DNA from: Synechococcus sp.
GTDB lineage: Bacteria; Cyanobacteriota; Cyanobacteriia; Thermostichales; PCC-7336
Assembly (NCBI GenBank): GCA_051439605.1
Contig: JBFRWN010000124.1
Span: 136,366-200,365, forward strand
Length of the DNA stretch: 64,000 nt
Direction: 5' to 3'
Positions 1-10,166 of the stretch are shown here, one piece after another. The notes below the pieces were generated by a model. The model made no database searches. It was not told the DNA's origin and was given only the letters and a program-made list of their open reading frames with translations. The translations under genes and the position numbers were made by a program. Each line of letters opens with the position of its first letter. Position 1 is the first letter of the stretch.

Positions 1-234
1 CGGCACGAGCTGAACTATAACCAGGTGGCTTTGGGCCGCCTTCCCTACAAGGTCACCGACGACCCGATGGTCACCCCCTTGCGGGAATTGGCCTATCTCC
101 CCAAGGGAGTCATGGAACCTCACGATCTTGAGCCAGGTGTTCAGCGTGCCGGGAAGCGGCCCCAAGATATTCTGGAGGAGTTGAGAGCAGCCAAGGAGGC
201 CGCTACAACAGCTTCTGCAGAGTCTGCAGAATAG
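1..234 (+). CDS. ndhI: NAD(P)H-quinone oxidoreductase subunit I, C-terminal part (5'-truncated by window edge)
   Basis: Frame 1 reads [36 protein letters not shown], the cyanobacterial NdhI C-terminus; directly upstream of ndhG-ndhE. Confidence 0.92.
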   Translation, partial: RHELNYNQVALGRLPYKVTDDPMVTPLRELAYLPKGVMEPHDLEPGVQRAGKRPQDILEELRAAKEAATTASAESAE

Positions 235-312
235 ACTTGGAGATTCAAGGTTTTTGCCCTTTGACAGCTGATACTTTGACAAGACCCGTGATTGCTAGAT
301 AGGAGAAGGTTC

Positions 313-915
313 GTGCAGCTATCTGAAGGAGTTCAACTGGTTAGCTTTGGCATATTGTCTGCAATGGCCATTGGGTTTGCCCTGGGAGTGGTCCTGCTAC
401 CCAGCATCGTGTACGCCGCTTTTATGCTAGGTGGCGTGTTCATGAGCATGGCTGGGCTATATCTCTTGCTGAATGCTGACTTTGTTGCTGCAGCGCAGGT
501 GCTTATCTATGTAGGTGCAGTCAATGTTTTGATCCTGTTTGCCATTATGCTCGTTAACCGTCAGCAAACTTTCCAACCGTTGAAGTTGGGTTGGTTGCGC
601 AATGCTTTCGCTGCAGCTGTCTGTGCAGGTATTGTTTTCCTCTTAGGAAGCGCAGTCTTTTCAACTGGTTGGGCGGTTCAGCCGGTGCAGGAAATCAGCA
701 GTATTTTAGTGATTGGCGGTCAGTTTTTCTCCTATTACCTGCTACCGTTTGAGGTTGCATCTGTTCTGCTACTGATGGCGTTGATCGGCGCCATTGTGAT
801 TGCTCGCCGAGAGTTTATTGCCGAGGTGCCAGATCGGTCTGAAGAGGTAGAGTTTGCCTTACTGGAGCGCCCCCGCTCCACGATCCCCACCGGTACAATG
901 TCTGAAGGTAAATAG
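313..915 (+). CDS. ndhG: NAD(P)H-quinone oxidoreductase subunit 6 (NdhG/NuoJ)
   Basis: LNADFVAAAQVLIYVGAVNVLILFAIML and LPFEVASVLLLMALIGAI motifs; GTG at 313 follows AGGAG at 301. Confidence 0.95.
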   Translation: MQLSEGVQLVSFGILSAMAIGFALGVVLLPSIVYAAFMLGGVFMSMAGLYLLLNADFVAAAQVLIYVGAVNVLILFAIMLVNRQQTFQPLKLGWLRNAFAAAVCAGIVFLLGSAVFSTGWAVQPVQEISSILVIGGQFFSYYLLPFEVASVLLLMALIGAIVIARREFIAEVPDRSEEVEFALLERPRSTIPTGTMSEGK

Positions 916-921
916 ATCGAA

Positions 922-1230
922 ATGTTAGAACTTGAATTTTTCCTGACTGTTGCCGCCATTCTGTTCGGGATTGGCATTTATGGAGTGGTCACCAGTCGTA
1001 ACGTAGTGCGGGTGTTGATGTCCATTGAGCTCCTGTTGAATGCCGTCAATCTCAACTTTATTGCCTTCTCGAATTTCCTCGATTCTGGAAGTATCCGCGG
1101 TCAGGTGTTCTCTGTATTTGTCATTACCGTGGCTGCAGCTGAAGCAGCTGTGGGGTTAGCAATTGTCCTTTCTATCTACCGCAATCGCTCCACCATTGAT
1201 ATGGAAAGCTTTAATCTTCTCAAGTGGTAA
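922..1230 (+). CDS. ndhE: NAD(P)H-quinone oxidoreductase subunit 4L (NdhE/NuoK)
   Basis: [16 protein letters not shown] and [20 protein letters not shown]...FNLLKW. Confidence 0.96.
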   Translation: MLELEFFLTVAAILFGIGIYGVVTSRNVVRVLMSIELLLNAVNLNFIAFSNFLDSGSIRGQVFSVFVITVAAAEAAVGLAIVLSIYRNRSTIDMESFNLLKW

Positions 1231-1232
1231 TA

Positions 1233-1255
1233 AGGTCTCACAGACATTGAGACCT
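1233..1255. terminator. Stem-loop immediately after ndhE, probable terminator
   Basis: AGGTCTCA-cagacat-TGAGACCT between convergent ndhE and rhomboid genes; no U-tract. Confidence 0.45.
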
Positions 1256-1323
1256 CTATATCAAGCTAATTAATTAAGCGTACCAAAGATACTATTTCCC
1301 CTAGTCTCGACCTCTTGTGGGAT

Positions 1324-2040
1324 TTAGAACAGGGCTCGGGGGTTCTTTTTCGACATAAAAAACTTGACCAGCAACACACCGAATACAAAGCCGCCTGCAT
1401 GGGCCCAGTAGGCTATCCCTCCTGTACCCATGTTGACGTCATTATCAAGCGATAAAACGCTGTAAAAAGCTTGTTGGATAAACCACCATCCCAGGTAAAA
1501 GACAGCCGGTATCCTGATGTAAATGGGGAAAATTACAATTAGAAAAACTGCTCTGACTTTGGCTTTTGGGAAATTAATCAGATAGGCTCCCAAAACAGCA
1601 GCGATCGCCCCACTGGCCCCTAAGTTCGGAACTACAGAAGTTGGGTCAGCAACCACTTGAACAACCGTAGCCCCTGCCCCACACAACAAGTAAAAAACTA
1701 GAAATTTGAAGTGGCCCATGACATCTTCGATGTTGTCACCGAAGATCCACAGGAACAACATGTTTCCAATAACGTGCAAAAATCCACCATGCAAAAACAT
1801 AGCGGTGACAATGGGGAGAATCAAGATTGGTAATAGCTCCAGTTGACCCGCTATCACTTGTTGGAAATGGGCTGCTTCCCTGGCGGGGATGACGGCGAAG
1901 GTTCTCCAAAAACTTGTTAGAGAACCATTGGCATCTAAATACAACTGGTACAAGAAAATAGCGATATTTGCCGCGACAATTGCCTGCACCACAATAGGCT
2001 GGGTGCGGCTAGGATTTTCGTCACTATAGGGAAATAGCAA
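1324..2040 (-). CDS. Rhomboid family intramembrane serine protease
   Basis: MFLHGGFLHVIGNMLFLWIFGDNIED, catalytic GASG, AYWAHAGGF. Confidence 0.93.
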   Translation of the reverse strand: MLFPYSDENPSRTQPIVVQAIVAANIAIFLYQLYLDANGSLTSFWRTFAVIPAREAAHFQQVIAGQLELLPILILPIVTAMFLHGGFLHVIGNMLFLWIFGDNIEDVMGHFKFLVFYLLCGAGATVVQVVADPTSVVPNLGASGAIAAVLGAYLINFPKAKVRAVFLIVIFPIYIRIPAVFYLGWWFIQQAFYSVLSLDNDVNMGTGGIAYWAHAGGFVFGVLLVKFFMSKKNPRALF

Positions 2041-2228
2041 TAGCTGATTCCTCAGTAAGCGAGGGCGATACCGACCCGCAGACGAATCGGTGAAGCCAGC
2101 CTATCACTTGCAAGAAGAGGGGATGTATCCAGTAGCAGTTAACATCAGAGGTTGCACAACACTATCTATACCCGTCCAGAGTTCTGAATCGGTGAGATGT
2201 CCCGAGAGACTTGTCGGTCGCTATAGAA

Positions 2229-4622
2229 TTAACTACGCAGGCTGACTGAGAATTGCTGTTCTAACTGCCGGCGCACCTGTTGGTGTGCGGATTCCACTTC
2301 AGATTCAGTTAACGTACGATCGCCCGCTCGGTAAACCAGTCGAAAGGCCAGGCTGCGCTGCCCCTCTGGCACCCCTTTGCCGCGATACTCGTCGAACAAA
2401 TTGACAGACTCTAACAGATCTCCAGCGGCTTTAGTAATGGCATTCTCAAGTTCCCCCACGCTAACTGTAAGAGGGGAATAAAAGGCAATATCGCGATCGG
2501 AGGCCGGGAATGTAGAGAAGTGTCTGTAGGTGACAGTCCCCAAAGACTTTAGACCTGTTAGCAACCCATTCAGAGCCACCTCAAAGGCATAGACCGTACC
2601 AGGTAAATCTCGCTCCTTGGCTACGCGAGGGTGAAGTTGGCCAAACACTCCAAGTCGATCGCCATTCAGCCACAGTGAAGCCGTACGACCGGGGTGCAGC
2701 AGCTCCTGTTCACTTTCTGCTTGGAACGTTACTTCTAGGCCCAGCCGCTCGAACACTTTGACTAACAGTCCCTTGGCGGCAAACCAATCGAATGGCTGTC
2801 CTGATTTCTGCCAGTTCTCTTGAGTGGGATTGCCGCCAAAAATACCGCCAATTCGGGTTTCTTCAACATAGCGATCTCCATCGCGCCAAAACACGCGTCC
2901 GACTTCGAATCCGTTGAGGGAACTGTTGCCTCGGTCGTTGTTATAAGCATATGTATCCACCAACCCGGGCAGCAGATCTTGCCTCAAGGCGGAAAATTCT
3001 TCGGCAATGGGGTTCGTAATGACTACCGGTACGCCACTGGTTTGGGGACACAGTGAAATCTGCATCAACTCTGTGAGTCCAGCACTGCGGAATGCTTGCC
3101 GTACCACGCGCAGCAAGTACTCATGTTCGGAAATGTCGCCCACTCCGGTGTCGGAGGGCAGGGTGCTGGAGAAGCGATCGTAACCGTAAAGGCGTGCAAA
3201 TTCTTCAATCAGGTCGATTTCCCGCTCGATATCCCGTTGGCGGTAGGCGGGCACCTTTACCGTCCATTCCGTTCCTGCATCTGATTCCTGTGGGGTCAAC
3301 TCGAATCCAAGAGCCGCCAGATAATCGGAAACGGTTTCAGCAGGGATGCGATCTCCTAAGATGTCGATTAACCGTTGCAGCCGCAGAACAATCGTGCGAT
3401 CGCCAGTAGGGCGGTCATCGTGAGCGGTTTCTTCAATCAGCTCTCCCCCCGCCAGTTCCAGAATTAAGGCCACCGCGCGATCGCGAGCGGTTAACCAGGC
3501 AGAACTATCGACTCCCCGTTCGTAACGGGCAGACGCCTCAGTTCTCAAGGTTTGAGCACGGGCAGAACGGCGAACGGCGACGGGATCGAATAAAGCTGCT
3601 TCGAGAAAAATATCAGCTGAATCTTCACTGACTTCGGTATCTTCGCCCCCCATCACTCCAGCCAAAGCTACTGGTTTATCAGCCGCGGTAATCACCAGGT
3701 TCTCGGCAACCAATTGGCGATCGCTACCATCTAGAGTCTTCAGGGTTTCCCCAGCGGTAGCCAGGCGCACTCCAATTGTGGGGGAACTGCCATCCATCAC
3801 CGCCAACAGCTTCTCCCAGTCAAATGCATGCAGGGGTTGGCCCCACTCCAGCAAGATGAAATTGGTGATATCCACAACATTATTAATTGATCGCACTCCG
3901 GCAGCCTCTAGCTTGCGACACAGCCAGTCGGGGGAGGGACCGATGTTGACGTTGCGAATCAGACTGCCACTGTAGGCGGGGCAATCTGCGGAGCTAGCAA
4001 TAGCGAGCTGTATGCTTGTAGCCTGCTGAGCTTGTACGGGGGGGGACGTGGGAAGTTGGATGGGGTTGCGAGTCAGTGCAGATACTTCCCGCGCAATTCC
4101 CACCATACTAAGGGCATCGGCTCGGTTAGCCGTAGAGACCAAATCTAGAATGGCATCGTCCAATCCCAATAGTGGACGAACATCACTACCCACTTCAGGG
4201 GTGGCGGCAAACTCGTAAATGCCCTCCGACTTGGCTTCCAATCCCAGTTCCTTTAGCGAGCAGATCATGCCCTCTGACTTCACCCCCCGCAGTTTCGTCT
4301 TGCGTAGCTTGAGGTCAATCGCTGGCAAGTAGGTGCCCACCGTCGCCACCGCTACGTAAATACCGGTGCGGGCATTCATAGCGCCGCAGACAATGTTTAG
4401 GGGCTCGACCCCTCCCACATCCACTTGGCACACCTGAAGGCGATCGGCATTCGGGTGCTTCTCTGCTTTCAAAATATGGCCGACAACTACCCCATCGGCA
4501 AGCTTGCGCAAGTCCTCAATCTCTTCCACCTCGAAGCCTGCCAAGGTTAAAGCCTCGCTAATTTCCTCAGGCTCCCACTCAAATTCCACCAGTTCCCGTA
4601 ACCATTTCAGGGAAATCTTCAC
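2229..4622 (-). CDS. pheT: Phenylalanine--tRNA ligase beta subunit
   Basis: MKISLKWLRELV, HPNADRL, RGVKSEGMICS, NNVVDITN..GQPLHAFD, FDX-ACB C-terminus (RSLAFRLVYR). Confidence 0.97.
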   Translation of the reverse strand: MKISLKWLRELVEFEWEPEEISEALTLAGFEVEEIEDLRKLADGVVVGHILKAEKHPNADRLQVCQVDVGGVEPLNIVCGAMNARTGIYVAVATVGTYLPAIDLKLRKTKLRGVKSEGMICSLKELGLEAKSEGIYEFAATPEVGSDVRPLLGLDDAILDLVSTANRADALSMVGIAREVSALTRNPIQLPTSPPVQAQQATSIQLAIASSADCPAYSGSLIRNVNIGPSPDWLCRKLEAAGVRSINNVVDITNFILLEWGQPLHAFDWEKLLAVMDGSSPTIGVRLATAGETLKTLDGSDRQLVAENLVITAADKPVALAGVMGGEDTEVSEDSADIFLEAALFDPVAVRRSARAQTLRTEASARYERGVDSSAWLTARDRAVALILELAGGELIEETAHDDRPTGDRTIVLRLQRLIDILGDRIPAETVSDYLAALGFELTPQESDAGTEWTVKVPAYRQRDIEREIDLIEEFARLYGYDRFSSTLPSDTGVGDISEHEYLLRVVRQAFRSAGLTELMQISLCPQTSGVPVVITNPIAEEFSALRQDLLPGLVDTYAYNNDRGNSSLNGFEVGRVFWRDGDRYVEETRIGGIFGGNPTQENWQKSGQPFDWFAAKGLLVKVFERLGLEVTFQAESEQELLHPGRTASLWLNGDRLGVFGQLHPRVAKERDLPGTVYAFEVALNGLLTGLKSLGTVTYRHFSTFPASDRDIAFYSPLTVSVGELENAITKAAGDLLESVNLFDEYRGKGVPEGQRSLAFRLVYRAGDRTLTESEVESAHQQVRRQLEQQFSVSLRS

Positions 4623-5142
4623 AGCTGCACCCGCTCGATCGCACAGCTACTTATGCTATCACTCGGTTGTCATTCATTCGTGCCCCGCCAACTCCGAAAT
4701 CCTATCGCTGTGCCCATTTCATGTAGGGTCTCAAGACCTATACACGGTCAGGAATCTGGTTCTATAAGATGTTCTCAGCGAGTTGAGGGTAGAACTTGCC
4801 TACGATCGCCCTTTGGGCTTGGAATGTAGCCCGACAGAGCGGTAAGCCTGACAGACCGGTAAGCCTGATTGAGCGGATAAACAGTCTGGGTTCGGAGTCT
4901 ATCGACAATCTGACTGCGAATCGCACGATAAAACTTTCCGAATAAAAGAGATGTAAGTAAAGTTATACCTGTGGACATTTCTATTCGGCCATCAAATCGA
5001 GTCCGACATGGGGGCTAGGGTCATGAAATGTTCTCATCGATCTAGATGGCTGCTATTGAAGCACCGCCACCTTCACGATCGCTCCTTTTTTCACTTCTCC
5101 TTTAGCCCAACACTAAGATGAACAACCGCGATCCCATCTGTT

Positions 5143-7122
5143 TTGGATGTAGTGCACGTGATACCACTGCTTTTGTCGTTAAATGCTCCACTACTGTTTG
5201 CTCAACTGCCAGCTGAGCACATCCCCCCCGGCACAGTTGCAGACAACTTACTGTCCGAGGGAGAGGCATCGCACCTACTGCCCGATTCGAGCTTAGATGA
5301 GATCGAAGAGCTAGCAGAGGAGGGTTCCCCCGAGCTAGAGGCAACAGATATCGACACGGGAGAGTTGGATCCCCCAGGAACTGAATCCCCCGAGGGCATG
5401 CCAGCGCCCCTGCCGGAAAACGCCCTCCAAATCCGATCGGATCGACAAACCTTTAACTCGGAAACCCAAGTCTTTCAGGCCGAAGGGAATGTCGAAATGA
5501 CATTCGGCCAAACCATTCTGCACGCGGACATTGTCACCATGAACTTGGTGACAGAAATCGCTACAGCAGAAGGCAATGTGGTGATTGAAATTGACGAACG
5601 TCAAGAGATCCGCGGAACGTTTCTCGAATACCACACCGGTAATCAAACCGGGTATTTGGACAATGCTGAAGGGGAACTGGACCTAGTCGCTCTACCAGTC
5701 AGCATTCAACGGGCGGTGTTACCCACCGATGCCGCTGCATCATCAGTATATGAACCCCCCGCCCCACAAAAAGGGCTCAAATTTATTCGCTTTGAGTCCG
5801 AACGCATCGAGCTAACCCCAGACAACTGGTTCGCCACCAATATTGCAGTCACCAACGATCCAGAAGGGCCACCGCTGGGGCCAGAATTGGAGCGCCGATC
5901 CAAAACAGCTATTTTAGAAGAATTATCAGATGGCACAAGCCTGCTGACAATGCGGGGCAGTAGCTTGTGGTTCGATCGCAAATTTCGCCTGCCGCTGCGG
6001 GATAACCAAATTGTGCTCGGGGATGATGATGCCCGTCGTCGTGCTCCTTTTGACATTCTCTACGATGACGATGATGGAGGGTTGATCCTTCGCCGTAATT
6101 TCGAGCTTTTGGGCAAACGAAATGTAGCTTTTATTCTGGCTCCCAGGGTACGCGTTGAGCAGTTTTCCAACTCAGATGGCGTTCTGGCTGCCTTTGGCTT
6201 GGACCTTGAATTCACTCGTGTCAGCCCGAACAATCAAGTTACCGACCTATTTGTTGCCCTCAACTCACTGGCTTTTGCGGAGGGGGTTGATAACGAAATT
6301 CGAGCTCGCATCCAACATCGCATTCCCATTAGCAACAACTTAGGTGATGTTGTGCTGAGATATGCCTATCGCCCCCGCTTTCGCCCTATCTTCGGTGAAT
6401 CGAACCGCCGGACCGATCTTTTTCATCAGGGTGGAGTGGCGTACAACTCTCCGGTAGTCAAGCTGGGGACTTCCGGTATTCGGTTTAGCTCGAGAATTGC
6501 AGCTGACTACTTAGATGGTGAGAGTCGAGATGACCGCAATGATTTTGTACAGACGGGGCGTTTGCGTATGGATGCCGCGTTAAGCAGCCGTTTTGGATTG
6601 TGGAAGCCCAGCGTGGTAGGCAAACCTCAACCTAGATTTAGCTTTGCACCGATTCGACAGGGGTTTTGGTTGATCTCAGGGTTGCGCACTAATTCCGCCG
6701 CTTACACCACTGGAGATCTGCAAGCATCGTTGATCGGCAGTATTGGATTTCAAACAGTTCTGGGGGAATTCGATCGGAATTTCTTTGATTACACCGCCCT
6801 AAATGTGGTCTACAGCAACGGCCTGGTGGATGACGACACCCCTCTACGTTTCGATCGCTTTCGAGCTCGAGAGAGTGTAGTTCTTGGCCTCAGACAGCAA
6901 CTATACGGCCCTTTCCGAGCGGGGGCGGAGACGCGCCTCCGGCTGAACGACGGCTTCGAAGAACTCGATACCCTGTATTCTCTGTCTTACGATCGTCGCA
7001 CCTACGGTTTTGACATTCGTTTTAGCGTCAAGAGCGGCTCGGGGAGCTTTCGCCTTCGCATTGATGACTTCAATTTCTTTGAGTTTGGTTTGGATAGCGT
7101 CACTGGAGGAGTCCTGCAGTAA
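5143..7122 (+). CDS. LPS-assembly LptD/OstA-like outer membrane protein (cyanobacterial DUF3769 type)
   Basis: Hydrophobic N-terminus, OstA-like AEGNVEMTF/AEGNVVI beta-jellyroll segments, beta-barrel-like C-terminus (QQLYGPFR, YDRRTYG, FRLRIDDFNF). Confidence 0.75.
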   Translation: MDVVHVIPLLLSLNAPLLFAQLPAEHIPPGTVADNLLSEGEASHLLPDSSLDEIEELAEEGSPELEATDIDTGELDPPGTESPEGMPAPLPENALQIRSDRQTFNSETQVFQAEGNVEMTFGQTILHADIVTMNLVTEIATAEGNVVIEIDERQEIRGTFLEYHTGNQTGYLDNAEGELDLVALPVSIQRAVLPTDAAASSVYEPPAPQKGLKFIRFESERIELTPDNWFATNIAVTNDPEGPPLGPELERRSKTAILEELSDGTSLLTMRGSSLWFDRKFRLPLRDNQIVLGDDDARRRAPFDILYDDDDGGLILRRNFELLGKRNVAFILAPRVRVEQFSNSDGVLAAFGLDLEFTRVSPNNQVTDLFVALNSLAFAEGVDNEIRARIQHRIPISNNLGDVVLRYAYRPRFRPIFGESNRRTDLFHQGGVAYNSPVVKLGTSGIRFSSRIAADYLDGESRDDRNDFVQTGRLRMDAALSSRFGLWKPSVVGKPQPRFSFAPIRQGFWLISGLRTNSAAYTTGDLQASLIGSIGFQTVLGEFDRNFFDYTALNVVYSNGLVDDDTPLRFDRFRARESVVLGLRQQLYGPFRAGAETRLRLNDGFEELDTLYSLSYDRRTYGFDIRFSVKSGSGSFRLRIDDFNFFEFGLDSVTGGVLQ

Positions 7123-7278
7123 CTTTCGCAAAGCATGCTCTTTACCGCTTGGGAAGGAATCTGCCTGCGCGAGCTATGGTGACATTCAATCTGACTTCGC
7201 GGTTTCTTATCGCCACAGCCATCTCCATGGGGTCAGCTAGCTTTGAGCAGAGTCAGAATTCTGAATAGCGAGATATCC

Positions 7279-8271
7279 TCAGCTGCTTGACGGTCGCGAT
7301 AAACCATCAAGTAGGGCGAAACTATTCTCTCGGGTGTTTTGCAATCTCTCGAGGTAGCGGTGTACGGCTGCTTTGACAGACACTAATAAATTTGGATCGT
7401 CGCGATCGAACCAGATAATGCCAGGTGTGCGACGAAACCAGGTCATCTGGCGCTTGGCGAACTGGCGGGTGTGCTTGACAATGTCGAATTTTGCTTCGGC
7501 AAGGGAAATTGCTCCGTCGAGGTACCGCCCTAATTCCCGATACCCTAATGTTTGCAGCAACGGTAAATCGGCTCCATAAGTATCACGTAATGTCAGAACT
7601 TCCTCTAGCCAACCAGTCTCCAGCATGCGCTCGGTACGAGCGGCAATGCGTTGAGCCAGCTTCTCCATGTTGCAGCATTTCAACCCCAGAATAAGGCTGG
7701 TGTAGGAAGGGGGAATCCTTCGCTGTAGCTCAGACATGGGTTGTCCTGCCGAGTAATACACTTCTAGAGCGCGCACGGTGCGTACCACATCGTGGGGGTG
7801 GATCTTTTTTGCTCCCACCTTATCCACCTGACAGAGGAAATTATGGCGCAGAGATTGGGGCAGTGCTTCCAGCTGATGGCGTAATTGTGGGTTAGGGGCC
7901 ACAGCCGGGATGGCCAATCCTTCGGTTAAGGCTTGAACGTACAGTCCAGTCCCCCCCACGAGGATAGGAGTTTTACCTTGGTGGTGGGTTGCGTTGATGA
8001 GTTGTTCCGCCCGCTGCTGATACTGGACTACCGTATAGGTTTCGGTTGGAAGGGCTATGTCGATCAGGTGGTGGGGCCACTGCGCTTGTTCTGCAACAGT
8101 TGGCTTAGCGGTTCCAATGTTGAAATGGCGGTAGATTTGTCGAGAATCTGCATTGATGAGGGGAACTTTCAACTCTTGGGCCAATTGAAGTGCTAGGGCA
8201 GACTTGCCCGATGCAGTTGGCCCACAAATTACAATTAGACCGGAGTTGCTAGCGCTCATGCAATTGTCCAA
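7279..8271 (-). CDS. miaA: tRNA dimethylallyltransferase
   Basis: GPTASGKS P-loop, NADSRQIY..IGTAKP, VGGTGLY, TRQFAKRQMTWFR. Confidence 0.96.
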   Translation of the reverse strand: MDNCMSASNSGLIVICGPTASGKSALALQLAQELKVPLINADSRQIYRHFNIGTAKPTVAEQAQWPHHLIDIALPTETYTVVQYQQRAEQLINATHHQGKTPILVGGTGLYVQALTEGLAIPAVAPNPQLRHQLEALPQSLRHNFLCQVDKVGAKKIHPHDVVRTVRALEVYYSAGQPMSELQRRIPPSYTSLILGLKCCNMEKLAQRIAARTERMLETGWLEEVLTLRDTYGADLPLLQTLGYRELGRYLDGAISLAEAKFDIVKHTRQFAKRQMTWFRRTPGIIWFDRDDPNLLVSVKAAVHRYLERLQNTRENSFALLDGLSRPSSS

Positions 8272-8353
8272 TTACGGTGCGAACGGGTGATTCAACTAGT
8301 CATCCGCACTAGTTCCCAGTTACACCAAACCTCAGTCTTATCTTAGTAAACCC

Positions 8354-8956
8354 ATGTCAATGAAAATCGCACGTTGGGATAGCAAACTTGCTGGCTGGAT
8401 GAGTGCAGCGCACTGTGAATCGTGGGCGCAATTGGGCCGACGGGCAACACTTTCTAGGCATCGGATTCAGCAGCTGAGAGCAGGTCAACTGAATTCCTGG
8501 CGGCTTCAGCATTTAAAAAGTCTCTGTCAAACCTTCAATATTTCGCTGATGGAGCTGCTTGAAGCACTTGGGGAAGCGGAGGTCAAAGCTGCGGATACGG
8601 CATTACACCTGCAACCCAACAAGACTTCATCAAAGGCGATCGCGTCCGTACGCCAATCAACCTTGCAATGCCTGGAACCATTGTTACGACAGTTGCCAAC
8701 GGCCGCATTTGCCGTTCAGCATCATAATTTGTCAGCACAGCAACTGCTGAAAATCCTGCATCCTCTCGATGTCTTACTCAACGAGTGGGAGGTTGAACGG
8801 CTCGGAGAAGTTGGACGAGTCATTCCTTACGACCCCACTTGGCAGCAACCCCTCACCCCCGAAAATATAGAAAGCGGCACCTCTGTAAGCATTCGCTACG
8901 TCGGGTACCGCATTAATAAAGCAATTTGGATTAAAGCTCAGGTGAGAGTTGCCTAA
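8354..8956 (+). CDS. XRE-type HTH protein with C-terminal GrpE-like domain
   Basis: N-terminal HTH-like helices (SWAQLGRRATLSRHRIQQLRAG); C-terminus GEVGRVIPYDPTWQQP...VSIRYVGYR...KAQV resembles the GrpE beta domain. Confidence 0.65.
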   Translation: MSMKIARWDSKLAGWMSAAHCESWAQLGRRATLSRHRIQQLRAGQLNSWRLQHLKSLCQTFNISLMELLEALGEAEVKAADTALHLQPNKTSSKAIASVRQSTLQCLEPLLRQLPTAAFAVQHHNLSAQQLLKILHPLDVLLNEWEVERLGEVGRVIPYDPTWQQPLTPENIESGTSVSIRYVGYRINKAIWIKAQVRVA

Positions 8957-9045
8957 TTTTTTTCAAAACCCAGTCAAGGGAGCGATGCTTTGGAAGCACG
9001 CGCCAGCTTACCTACAGATCGGACGTCAGAAATTGTTTAAACCGA

Positions 9046-9465
9046 CTATACCTGTGCAGAGTTCAGCTGTTCTTTGATTTGCTGCAGTTGTGCCGCCCAA
9101 CGGGGATCGGGACCAGAAGGACTAGACTTATCTACAAAGCTACTACCGCCTCGGCCGCTGCTTTTACCGCTTCGCCTGCCGGATTTAGGTGAGGGACGTC
9201 CCTCGCCACCCTCTTTGGTTCGCGATTGAGCCACTTCAACCTTGAGCTTGCCAGAACCGAAGTCAGCATTATTGAGAGCGGTGATGTACTTTTCAGCGAT
9301 CTCATCAGACTCAACCGTCACAAAAGCAAAGCCGCGGCATTTACCAGTTTTGCGATCGGTAACGAGCTTCATAGAGGAGGGCTTGCTGACCTCAGCAAAC
9401 TTCTCCTCTAAAGCTTGCTTATCCACTTCTTCGGGCAGATTGCCGACGTACAAACGCACAGACAT
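9046..9465 (-). CDS. rbp: RRM-domain RNA-binding protein (Rbp3-like class)
   Basis: RNP2 LYVGNL, RNP1 RGFAFVTV, C-terminal PDPRWAAQL motif. Confidence 0.9.
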   Translation of the reverse strand: MSVRLYVGNLPEEVDKQALEEKFAEVSKPSSMKLVTDRKTGKCRGFAFVTVESDEIAEKYITALNNADFGSGKLKVEVAQSRTKEGGEGRPSPKSGRRSGKSSGRGGSSFVDKSSPSGPDPRWAAQLQQIKEQLNSAQV

Positions 9466-10166
9466 TTTATGAAACTCCTAGCAATAACATTGCAAAACAT
9501 TGAGGATAAGGACTATCTCTCGGGCAAAAAACTTATATGTAAAGATACAAATGCAAACCAAATACCGACACTTGATGTCTGGCGCTTACCGGCTTAGTAG
9601 CGAACGCTTTGCATTGCGAATTTCAGACAACAGCAAGCGCCCTGAATTAACCTTGCGACATCACATTATCTGTAAAAACCGCAAAACACAACAGGCAATC
9701 ACTATCTTTTTGCATAATGCATGTCCAATAGTTCTTACATAATTGGTAGGAGATCGAGTCCTCTGCCACGAGACAAGGTGTTGTACATCGAACTTGCCAA
9801 GCACCCTGATTGGAGAGCGATAGCGATCGACGAACCCTAAAGATGTGAAAGCATGGAATGTCGCACATCTAAACATAACATTTCTTAACGAGAAAGCCGC
9901 TTTATCGTTAGGATAACGATGAACTGATTAACCCACATCACCAGTGTTCTCTTCCCCCATCAATGCCAGGGGGAGCAACACCACTTAATTGAACGCGAGA
10001 GACATCAACTCTATCCGCCGACCTGTTTAAGCTTCGTGGAAATCCTTCAGTCCAATCCATTTGCAGCAAGGTCTCTGCATAGAGGAGAAGCTTCCTAAGC
10101 CGGCGTGGTTCTGGGGTAGGATCGTCTCTGCACGATTTTCGAGATTCCCTTTCTAGCCAGCCAGCC

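Noticed and set aside
9466..10166. 700-bp rbp-pdhC intergenic region as a structured RNA gene
   Set aside because: Only short hairpins (e.g. ATCGTTA-gga-TAACGAT); no tRNA, tmRNA, RNase P, SRP or riboswitch signature I can recognise
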